Of a stretch of DNA of 29,901 nucleotides, positions 22,797-29,901 are shown piece by piece. This stretch comes from a virus. The stretch is from the IMG/VR virus record IMGVR_UViG_3300038312_000093, positions 1-29,901 of that record. One strand, given 5' to 3'. Made by a program: the position numbers and the translations under genes. The notes beneath the pieces are model-generated. The model was not told the DNA's origin, made no database searches, and was given only the letters and a program-made list of their open reading frames with translations. Positions within the stretch are counted from its first letter, which is position 1. Every line of letters begins with the position of its first letter.

Positions 22797-23762
22797 ATGA
22801 GTATAATCACCAAAGCCAACACCACCGCACTTGTACCAGAGGACGCAACTCGAGAAATCTTGAAGTCTGTACCTCAACAATCCCAAGTACTTGCACTTGC
22901 CACCAGACTTGCCAACATGTCAGCAGGTCAACGCAGAATTCCTGTAATGTCTGCTATGCCCCAAGCTTATTTTGTTGAGGGCGTTCCTAGTGCCGCTCCC
23001 AACAATACCGTTGGTTTTAAGAAAACCACCAAAGCCGCATGGGACAATGTCTATATCACCGCCGAAGAAATTGCCTGTATCGTACCAATTCCAATTAGCG
23101 TATTGGAAGATGCAGCCTATGATATCTGGGCTGAAATCCGTCCTTATATCGCACAGGCGTTTGGCATTGTCATTGATAATGCCATTTTGAACGGAACTGA
23201 CAAACCAGCAAGTTGGGCGGACGGTATCGTTACCCAAGCCAAAGCAGCCGGACACGAAATAGAACGTGGCACAACCGGCGCAGAACTATACCAAGCCCTA
23301 TTGGGTGAAACCGGCGTAATCAACATGGTTGAAAATACCGGCTCGTTACCAAATGCGGTACTTGCGTCCACAAAAATGCGTGGCGTAATCCGTGGCGCAG
23401 TTGACACCCAAGGTCAACCCCTGTTCCGTGCCACCGCACAAGAAAGCCAACCGTACGTTATTGACGGACTACCAGTCCACTTTGACAAAACCAAGGTACT
23501 AACCGACCTTGCAGTTGTAGGCGACTGGAGCAAACTTGTATACGCTATCCGCACGGACATGACTTACAAAGTCTTGACTGAAGCAGTCATCCAAGACCCT
23601 GCCACGAGCGAAATTATCTACAACCTTGCACAGCAGGACATGGTTGCCTTACGTTGTTACATGCGCATGGGTTGGGCATTGCCAAATCCTGTAAACATTG
23701 CCGGCAACGGTGTACCGTTTGCAGTACTCACGCCCGTAGCAGAAGACGAATCAGGCGAATAG
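22797..23762 (+). CDS. major capsid protein (HK97 fold)
   Basis: 321 aa following the scaffold gene. A stem-loop lies downstream. The sequence character matches HK97-family capsids. Confidence 0.8.
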   Translation: MSIITKANTTALVPEDATREILKSVPQQSQVLALATRLANMSAGQRRIPVMSAMPQAYFVEGVPSAAPNNTVGFKKTTKAAWDNVYITAEEIACIVPIPISVLEDAAYDIWAEIRPYIAQAFGIVIDNAILNGTDKPASWADGIVTQAKAAGHEIERGTTGAELYQALLGETGVINMVENTGSLPNAVLASTKMRGVIRGAVDTQGQPLFRATAQESQPYVIDGLPVHFDKTKVLTDLAVVGDWSKLVYAIRTDMTYKVLTEAVIQDPATSEIIYNLAQQDMVALRCYMRMGWALPNPVNIAGNGVPFAVLTPVAEDESGE

Positions 23763-23790
23763 CCAGTAAGCCAACGCTCTTTGACGAAAA

Positions 23791-23814
23791 CAGGACGGTG
23801 TAAAAGCCGTCCTG
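23791..23814 (+). promoter_or_regulatory. stem-loop after the capsid gene (partial terminator or RNA stabiliser)
   Basis: CAGGACGG (23791-23798) pairs with CCGTCCTG (23807-23814) around the loop TGTAAAAG. There is no U-tract. Confidence 0.55.
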
Positions 23815-23829
23815 AAAAGAGAGGACACC

Positions 23830-24264
23830 ATGACCATTACCGACTTAACAATCGACTTAATTGAGCAAGTGCGGAGAATGGTTGCAGAGCCAAACTCCAA
23901 CATTTACACCAACGAAATTGTTGAGAAAATCATCAAAAGAAACGCTGTCAACGATAGCGATAACCGTACGCCAGACAACCCGGCATGGACACCAACCTAT
24001 GACCTGAATGCCGCAGCATCAGACATATGGGAAGAAAAAGCCGGAGCAGTAGCGGACGAAATTGATTTTAATGCGGACGGTGGCTCATTCCAGAGAAGCC
24101 AAAAATTCACCATGTACATGCGCCAAGCAGCTAGATACCGGTCAAAATCCATTGCCAAAGCATCAAACATGAAACTTGAAGCAATGCGAAACGTAAACCA
24201 TCTTGGTTGGGAAGATATACCGTACAAAGATTGGATTGACGAAAGAAATGAAAATCTGGTCTGA
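23830..24264 (+). CDS. head-tail connector (gp6-like position)
   Basis: It is the first gene after the capsid gene. The N-terminus (LTIDLIEQVRRMVAEP) is typical of connector/adaptor proteins. Confidence 0.45.
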   Translation: MTITDLTIDLIEQVRRMVAEPNSNIYTNEIVEKIIKRNAVNDSDNRTPDNPAWTPTYDLNAAASDIWEEKAGAVADEIDFNADGGSFQRSQKFTMYMRQAARYRSKSIAKASNMKLEAMRNVNHLGWEDIPYKDWIDERNENLV

Positions 24265-24625
24265 ACTTGAAAAACAAAAAATGCGCCATGAAGCAGAACA
24301 ACACATGTCAGACAGGTGCATTATTCAAGACCGAGTTTACTCCACCAACCAGCTTGGCGAAGATACATCAACATGGATTGACCGTGATAAAGAAACAATC
24401 TGCGGTTTCGAAGCCAAACACGGAACGGAACAATTCGGAGACCAAATCCTAACCACTTGGGAAGCTATCCTAAGGCTACCTGTAAACACCGCCCTAACCC
24501 AAGAAAACAAGGTAAAAATCACCGTACACCGTGGAGACCCTACCAATACCACCTATGAGATAGTAAGCCCTATAACCATAGGAATTTCTGCCTTACAGGC
24601 GAAACTAAAAAGAGTAGAGGACTAA
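24248..24625 (+). CDS. head closure / head-tail joining protein
   Basis: ATG 24248 overlaps the upstream gene. 125 aa, with a sequence pattern and position matching the SPP1 gp16 / HK97 gp9 class. Confidence 0.5.
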   Translation: MKIWSELEKQKMRHEAEQHMSDRCIIQDRVYSTNQLGEDTSTWIDRDKETICGFEAKHGTEQFGDQILTTWEAILRLPVNTALTQENKVKITVHRGDPTNTTYEIVSPITIGISALQAKLKRVED

Positions 24626-24626
24626 C

Positions 24627-25067
24627 ATGGCTATCACCGTTGAGTTTGATACAACCCAAGTAAAAGCAGCACTAAAGCGACTTGACGATGCAGTTAGAGG
24701 TGAAGCAGCAAAACAAGCCTTACAAACCGGAGCACATGTCATTGAAGCCAAAGCAAAGGTAAACCTATCAGGACACGGACTGCACAAAACCGGTAGACTA
24801 ATCAACAGCGTAGAAGTGTTTAACGTTACTCCAAAACAAGCATTAGTAGGCAGTCGTGGTGTCATTTACGCACCTGTACACGAGTTTGGAACGGTCATTC
24901 GTCCAAAGAGAGCCAAGGTACTATCATGGATTGGACAGGACGGCGTTCGTAGGTTCGCAAAAATGGTTCGTATACCGGCACGTCCGTGGCTAAGACCAGC
25001 AGCTGAAGAGAGCAAAGCTGAAATAGCAAACGTCATGGCAATGGTTATCAGGAGCTTTTTGAAATGA
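24627..25067 (+). CDS. HK97 gp10-family tail component
   Basis: TGRLINSV...IYAPVHEFGT...PARPWLRPA matches the gp10 family signature. Confidence 0.7.
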   Translation: MAITVEFDTTQVKAALKRLDDAVRGEAAKQALQTGAHVIEAKAKVNLSGHGLHKTGRLINSVEVFNVTPKQALVGSRGVIYAPVHEFGTVIRPKRAKVLSWIGQDGVRRFAKMVRIPARPWLRPAAEESKAEIANVMAMVIRSFLK

Positions 25068-25462
25068 CAGAACCTATCGAGCAAAGTATCAGAACTCACC
25101 TAATCACCCACCCGGAAGTATTCGCCCTTGTAGGCGATAGAGTATATCCGGGTTACAAGCACCAAGGCGTTGAAAGTCCTTGCATACTGTATCAAAGAGT
25201 AAGCACAGAACGAGCATTGACCCACGACCAAAAACCAAGCGGACTAACGACAGCACGTATTCAGTTTGACGTTTTAAGCGACACCCTTGACCAAGCCCTA
25301 GCCATTGCAGATGTTATGCGAATTGCACTTGTTGGCTATCGTGGAGACCTAGGTGAAAACTACGCCCAAATCATTTTGCCAGCGTTAGAAATGCACGGAG
25401 ATAGAGAAGAAACAACCGCTCGTGTTATTATTGATTACAGCATCAGTTTTACAGAGGAGTAA
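25064..25462 (+). CDS. tail completion / tail terminator protein (DUF3168-like)
   Basis: ATGA overlap with the upstream gene. GDRVYPGY...PCILYQRVS...RIQFDV is DUF3168-like. It lies immediately before the tail tube genes. Confidence 0.6.
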   Translation: MTEPIEQSIRTHLITHPEVFALVGDRVYPGYKHQGVESPCILYQRVSTERALTHDQKPSGLTTARIQFDVLSDTLDQALAIADVMRIALVGYRGDLGENYAQIILPALEMHGDREETTARVIIDYSISFTEE

Positions 25463-25468
25463 AGAAAG

Positions 25469-25978
25469 ATGACAAAGTTTGCAGCAACCGGCACCGGCTT
25501 ATGGTGCGACAACATTGAACTAGCGCAAGTATCAAATATTACAGGACCAAACCTGTCCGTTGACATGGTTGATGTCAGCACCCATGACGGAAACAATTGG
25601 GAAGAATTCGTACCAACCATTTTGCGAACAGGCACAGTAACACTTGACCTGTTGTATGACCCAAGCAACGCAACACACGTTGAAGCGTTAAGAAAACTAG
25701 TTGACCGAGAAAAGAAAACGTATGAATTGCGATTCCCAGATACCGCCAGAAGCAAATGGATTTTTGATGCTTTTGTATCCGGGTTTACTCCAACCGCACC
25801 AGTAGCAGGAGTATTGACAGCTAGTGTTACATTCAAACCAACCGGAGAGCCAACCCTAAAGGGAAACTACCCGGCAAAAAGCGGTTCAGCTACTGAAACA
25901 ACTAGAACAGAACCCAAAACAACTATAACCAAAGCGACACCAAAAGTCGCCACAGACAAAGAAGAAACTAAGGAGTAA
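25469..25978 (+). CDS. major tail (tube) protein, paralog 1, with a T/K-rich C-terminal extension
   Basis: The position is canonical for a tail tube gene. It shares MTK(F/Y)AATGT..., SVDMVDVS.HDG.NWEEFV.TILR.G and GFTPTAPVAGVLTASVT.KPTG with the next ORF. Confidence 0.8.
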   Translation: MTKFAATGTGLWCDNIELAQVSNITGPNLSVDMVDVSTHDGNNWEEFVPTILRTGTVTLDLLYDPSNATHVEALRKLVDREKKTYELRFPDTARSKWIFDAFVSGFTPTAPVAGVLTASVTFKPTGEPTLKGNYPAKSGSATETTRTEPKTTITKATPKVATDKEETKE

Positions 25979-25981
25979 GAA

Positions 25982-26413
25982 ATGACAAAATATGCAGCAA
26001 CTGGAACAAAGCTCACCCGGGGAGCATATCCGGGCACAGAACTAGCACAAGCGACCAACATTAGCGGACCGAACATCAGCGTTGATATGGTTGACGTATC
26101 AGAGCATGACGGTGGTAATTGGGAAGAATTCGTTGCCACCATTTTACGGTCTGGCAACATTACCGTTGACATCATTTATGACCCAGATGAAGAAACACAC
26201 ACAAACGCAACCGAGGGTTTAATGCACGACCTTGTAAACCGCACCAAAAGCGTATGGAATTTAGTACTTCCAACCACGCCAGTAAGGTATTTTAGTTTTG
26301 AAGCGTATGTGGCTGGTTTTACTCCAACCGCACCAGTAGCCGGTGTCCTAACCGCTAGTGTAACGCTTAAACCAACCGGCGCAATAACACCACCCTTGAC
26401 CACCACACCCTAA
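25982..26413 (+). CDS. major tail (tube) protein, paralog 2
   Basis: Clear paralog of 25469-25978 with the same motifs. It has its own AAGGAG RBS. Confidence 0.75.
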   Translation: MTKYAATGTKLTRGAYPGTELAQATNISGPNISVDMVDVSEHDGGNWEEFVATILRSGNITVDIIYDPDEETHTNATEGLMHDLVNRTKSVWNLVLPTTPVRYFSFEAYVAGFTPTAPVAGVLTASVTLKPTGAITPPLTTTP

Positions 26414-26422
26414 GGAGAAAAA

Positions 26423-26776
26423 ATGCTAACACGTGAACAAATCCTAGCAGTACAAGATATCACCCAAGAAACCGTTGAAGTACCAGAATGGGGCGGTTCG
26501 GTATACGTCCGTGGTATGACCGGTACAGAACGAGACGCTTTTGAACAAAAAATACTTGTACAAAAAGGCAAGAAACGAGAAGCCAATATGGACATGTTCC
26601 GAGCAAAACTTATAGCTTATTCTGTCTGTGACGAAAAAGGCGAGCTACTGTTTGCTGAAGAAGATATCGAAGCGTTAGGTAAGAAGTCAGCAAGTGCCTT
26701 ACAGCGCATTTTTGACGTAGCCATGCGTTTAAGTGGATTATCACCAGATGACGCAGAGGAACTGACAAAAAACTAA
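26423..26776 (+). CDS. tail assembly chaperone (G-like)
   Basis: 117 aa, located between the tube and tape measure genes. It ends in the slippery site A-AAA-AAC. Confidence 0.8.
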   Translation: MLTREQILAVQDITQETVEVPEWGGSVYVRGMTGTERDAFEQKILVQKGKKREANMDMFRAKLIAYSVCDEKGELLFAEEDIEALGKKSASALQRIFDVAMRLSGLSPDDAEELTKN

Positions 26777-26812
26777 GAGAGGGCAGTCGGAGATTTTACT
26801 TCCGACTTGCCC
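26767..26812 (+). promoter_or_regulatory. -1 programmed ribosomal frameshift signal
   Basis: The heptamer A AAA AAC (26767-26773) is in the zero frame aca-AAA-AAC-taa. A 7-nt spacer follows, then the hairpin GGGCAGTCGGA / TCCGAC(T)TGCCC (26781-26812), with 11 bp and one bulge. The -1 frame is open from 26761 to 27105. Confidence 0.8.
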
Positions 26813-27105
26813 TTAAACTCGGCATGACAGTAACAGAACTATTATCAAGAATATCAAGCCGAGAATTGACAGAATGGATGTCTTTTTTTGAATTAGAACC
26901 GTGGGGCACAGAGACCGAACTGCTCGGACACGCTATCACCAGCGCAACCATAGCCAACGTGAACCGGGACACCAAGAAAAGACCTAACCCATTCACAGCA
27001 AATGATTTTATACCAGAATTCGACCGGTACAAAGCAACTGAGAACCAAGCCCTAAAAATCCGTCAAATCAACGCCATGTTTGGCGGAAAGGAGATAAGCG
27101 AATGA
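26773..27105 (+). CDS. -1 frame extension of the tail assembly chaperone (T-like part of the G-T fusion, predicted ~227 aa)
   Basis: The -1 frame reads LREGSRRFYFRLALKLGMTVTELL... into track ORF 26824-27105. The ATG at 26824 has no RBS. The stop overlaps the tape measure start (ATGA). Confidence 0.7.
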   Translation, partial: LREGSRRFYFRLALKLGMTVTELLSRISSRELTEWMSFFELEPWGTETELLGHAITSATIANVNRDTKKRPNPFTANDFIPEFDRYKATENQALKIRQINAMFGGKEISE

Positions 27106-29901
27106 GTACAATTGCAGATTTAGCGGTAAAGCTAGGACTTGACTCTAGTGGTTTTAGTAAAGGCGTTGGACAAGCGCAAGGTGATTTATCCAAACTTGAA
27201 CAATCAGTCAACAAAGTTCGTGAAGCCGGTAAGAAAATATCAGACGTTGGCAAAGCTATTTCTATTGGCGTTACTGCACCTGTTACCGCCGCAAGTATCG
27301 CACTTTTGAAGTTTGGTTCAGACGCTCAAAAATCACTCCAAATTGAAAAAGCATTTAATGATATTGCGTCCTCAGCCGGACGAATGGGAAGAGAAGTTTT
27401 GGCAGGACTGAAAATGTCAAGCCAAGGACTAATCACCAACACCGAATTAATGAAATCGTTTAACCTTGCTGCCAACCTAGTCAGCAAGGATTTTGCACTT
27501 AAGCTACCAGAAGCCATGAAATACCTTGGCAAAGTATCAGCTGCAACCGGTCAAGACATGAGTTATCTATTGGATAGTCTTGTCAAAGGTGTTGGTAGAT
27601 TATCGCCAATGATTTTAGACAACCTAGCGGTGCAAGTAAGCCTAACAGACGCTTATGATAAATACGCTAAAAGCATTGGCAAAACAGCAGACGAACTAAC
27701 CAAAGCAGAACAACAAACCGCAGTCATGAATGAAACCATGCGCCTATTAAAACGCAACACCGCAAGCATGGGAGATGAATTCGGTACAACCGGCGACAAA
27801 ATCAAAACCGCAATGGGTAACGCAAAAGACGCAATTGGAAAACAACTTGCCCCAGCACTAAAAGACGCAGGAGAAAGAATCATTCCGCTTGTCAATCGTT
27901 TTGCTGAATTATTCAAAGAGGGCAACTCACTGCACCCGGTTATTACAGTGCTTGGAGACACTGTCAACAAACTAATAGGACACGCAGAAAACCTTGTAAA
28001 CTGGCTAAGCCAACTTAACCCACAAGTGGTAGAGAATACAGTCAAATTTACCCTGTTCTTAGCTGTCCTAGGACCAACCTTGCTAATTGTTGGAAAACTT
28101 ACAAAAGCGTTTTCTGGATTTATGTCCGTATTCGGGAAAATAGGAACATTATTCAAGAACACAATTATTGCGTTTGAGGGTGGCAACCTTGTATTAGCAT
28201 CGACAGGGTTAGCCGCCAAAGGCGCAGCAACCGGCGTCAAAACCCTATCTGTATCGCTTAGCAAATTAGCCATGTTCGGCGGTTGGGGATTATTAGTAGG
28301 CGGTGCAATCGCACTCGGAAAATGGCAAAAAGAGCTTGAAAACACTAGTAACACCGTTGCAGATAGCATGAGAGATATTGACGGTGTTTTAATCAAAAGC
28401 GGACAAAGCTTTGATGATTGGCGTGAAAGTGTCAACAACGCATTAAAAGACATAGAGCTTCCAAAAGGACTTACAGAATGGGATATGCAAGTTGCATTTA
28501 TCAAAACCCAAATGGAAGACCTTGTAAAAGCAGGCGTAATCACCGCAGACGAAATGGAAAGCCTATACTGGCGCATGCGTAACCCCGGTTCAGGTGGTGG
28601 CATGGCAGTTATGAACTACGTCCACGGTTTGGTAGAGGGATATGAAACCCTAAAGGAAACCATGTGGAGTGTTGTTCCGGCAATGAAAGCGTATGATGAC
28701 GCTATCGACTACCAAGAGGGTTTAGTCGGTGTTGGACGGACAGCAGAAGAATTAGAAAAAGTTCGTGACAACGCAGAGGAAGCCACAAGCGCAGCCGCAG
28801 AACTAGCCGCGGAATTACAATCATTTACCGTTCAAGTAGATGACGTTACAAGCCTAACAAAAAACTTCGGGAGTATCGTTTCTTTAGCGGAAAGCTACAC
28901 CACAGAACTTGAAAATATTGCAAAGGCGCAAGAGCGAATTAAAGAGCTAGAACCGTTCGAAGATACCGGCGGACGGATTGACGGTGTTTGGATGTCAGCA
29001 GCGAAAGTCAAAGAAGAGCTGGAAAACTTGCGTGGTGAAGTATCAAAGAGCGAAGAAGCCATGCAACGTATGGCAGACCAAATGACCTTAAACATGCTAC
29101 AAGCTACTATTGCAATCGGTGGCGTCACACAGGCAGAAGCAGAAGCATATTTCAAGATGGCAGTTGATATGGGCGTCATCAGTCAAGATGCAGCAGATAA
29201 AGCAATGGAAGCCTATGGCAATGCAGTAGACACTATCAATGACTATGTAGTAGAAACAAAAACCGGCATAGTAGAAGCAAGCGCAGAACAGTACTGGCGT
29301 GTTATCCGAGACATTGAAAGTCAACAGTTTCAGGACAAAATCGCTGAATTTATTGCAGAGGCAGAACAATTCGATGAGACTTGGACAGCCAGAGACGCCT
29401 TAGAATTCGGGCAAAAAGTTGCTGATACATTATTAGAAACCGGTCAGTTTGGAGAGGATTTCAGCGCAATTGACGCATTAGAATTCCTTGGAAAAACCAT
29501 TCCAGTTGAATTGAAAAACGCCGCAATCGCACAAGACAATTTGGACAAATTCCAAAACTTCGAGTTTATTCCAAAATGGATAGACTTCGTACTTGGCGAT
29601 ACATCAGAAGTCGAGGGATACAATCCACCAACCCGAACCGGAACTGTAAATTATCAGCTAGGCAATACTCCAACTTGGAATCCACCGTCTTACGGTCCGA
29701 CACTAACACCAAGAGCAACAGGCGGTAGAGCAATTGCAGACAGCGTATACCTTGTAGGCGAAAGAGGTCCAGAACTATTTATTCCGGACGTGTCCGGAAA
29801 CGTTGTTCCGAACTGGCAACTTGACGTATCAAGCACATCATCGTTTGATGAAAGAGCATTGGCTCGGGCTGTCGCAACCGCCATGAGAGAGGTATACCAA
29901 G
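27102..29901 (+). CDS. tail tape measure protein (N-terminal 933 codons; continues at 1-177, about 959 aa in total)
   Basis: I translated the frame from ATG 27102 to the window end and found no stop. It has an N-terminal helical region, a central hydrophobic/G-rich segment (LFLAVLGPTLLIVGKL...GGWGLLVGGAIALG) and a conserved C-terminal YLVGERGPELFIP. It is missing from the track only because it has no stop inside the window. Confidence 0.9.
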   Translation, partial: MSTIADLAVKLGLDSSGFSKGVGQAQGDLSKLEQSVNKVREAGKKISDVGKAISIGVTAPVTAASIALLKFGSDAQKSLQIEKAFNDIASSAGRMGREVLAGLKMSSQGLITNTELMKSFNLAANLVSKDFALKLPEAMKYLGKVSAATGQDMSYLLDSLVKGVGRLSPMILDNLAVQVSLTDAYDKYAKSIGKTADELTKAEQQTAVMNETMRLLKRNTASMGDEFGTTGDKIKTAMGNAKDAIGKQLAPALKDAGERIIPLVNRFAELFKEGNSLHPVITVLGDTVNKLIGHAENLVNWLSQLNPQVVENTVKFTLFLAVLGPTLLIVGKLTKAFSGFMSVFGKIGTLFKNTIIAFEGGNLVLASTGLAAKGAATGVKTLSVSLSKLAMFGGWGLLVGGAIALGKWQKELENTSNTVADSMRDIDGVLIKSGQSFDDWRESVNNALKDIELPKGLTEWDMQVAFIKTQMEDLVKAGVITADEMESLYWRMRNPGSGGGMAVMNYVHGLVEGYETLKETMWSVVPAMKAYDDAIDYQEGLVGVGRTAEELEKVRDNAEEATSAAAELAAELQSFTVQVDDVTSLTKNFGSIVSLAESYTTELENIAKAQERIKELEPFEDTGGRIDGVWMSAAKVKEELENLRGEVSKSEEAMQRMADQMTLNMLQATIAIGGVTQAEAEAYFKMAVDMGVISQDAADKAMEAYGNAVDTINDYVVETKTGIVEASAEQYWRVIRDIESQQFQDKIAEFIAEAEQFDETWTARDALEFGQKVADTLLETGQFGEDFSAIDALEFLGKTIPVELKNAAIAQDNLDKFQNFEFIPKWIDFVLGDTSEVEGYNPPTRTGTVNYQLGNTPTWNPPSYGPTLTPRATGGRAIADSVYLVGERGPELFIPDVSGNVVPNWQLDVSSTSSFDERALARAVATAMREVYQ
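29805..29901. repeat. terminal overlap, copy 2 (identical to 1-97)
   Basis: Direct comparison with bases 1-97. Confidence 0.95.

Noticed and set aside
27653-28603. 316-aa minus-strand ORF, the longest track ORF in this part of the window
   Set aside because: It lies entirely antisense to the tape measure ORF, which is uninterrupted on the + strand. It has no RBS and a low-complexity S/P/L/A composition. This is a typical shadow ORF.
1-29901. Search for an integrase, excisionase, CI-type divergent repressor, tRNA, CRISPR array, DpdA/TGT, or DNA polymerase/helicase/primase
   Set aside because: Reading all ORFs of 55 aa or more, I recognised none of these. Absence by eye is not proof, and profile searches are needed. 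The single XRE-type HTH is co-oriented with all other genes, so it is not a classical lysogeny switch.

Overview
The window is a complete, circularly closed genome of a small tailed dsDNA phage with siphovirus-type gene order. Bases 1-97 are identical to 29805-29901, so the unit length is 29,804 bp, and the arbitrary linearisation point splits the tape measure gene. Every credible gene is on the + strand, and all long minus-strand ORFs look like antisense shadows. I saw no integrase, CI-type divergent switch, tRNA, rRNA or CRISPR array.

Gene order:
- Tail tip and baseplate, 1-4267: the tape measure C-terminus, an 845-aa Dit-position protein carrying a beta-propeller insertion, a Tal/Gp37-like hub, and a small coiled-coil receptor-binding candidate.
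- Lysis, 4276-6905: a GH25+M23+SH3b endolysin, a degenerate methyltransferase-fold ORF, an XhlA-like protein and a holin, ending in a strong terminator.
- Early region, starting at a near-consensus sigma70 promoter at 6994. It holds small unknown and acidic proteins, an ERF annealase, a replication organiser with internal iterons, SSB and a PD-(D/E)xK nuclease.
- Second early/middle block, behind a second copy of the same promoter/leader cassette at 11857. It holds a zinc-ribbon protein ending in the SSB tip DDDIPF, an XRE HTH protein, a Lar-like restriction-alleviation protein, DUF551-like proteins, VRR-NUC, a guanine-deaminase-like CDA-fold enzyme, a ParB N-terminal remnant and a YhhQ/VUT transporter.
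- Late structural module, 18195-29901: TerS, TerL, an SPP1-type portal, MuF/gp7, scaffold, an HK97-fold capsid protein, connectors, two tandem major tail paralogs, G/G-T chaperones with a canonical -1 frameshift signal, and the tape measure.

Strong AGGAG ribosome-binding sites and the endolysin domain set point to a Gram-positive (Bacillota-like) host.

All family assignments come from motif recognition by eye. No database search was run.
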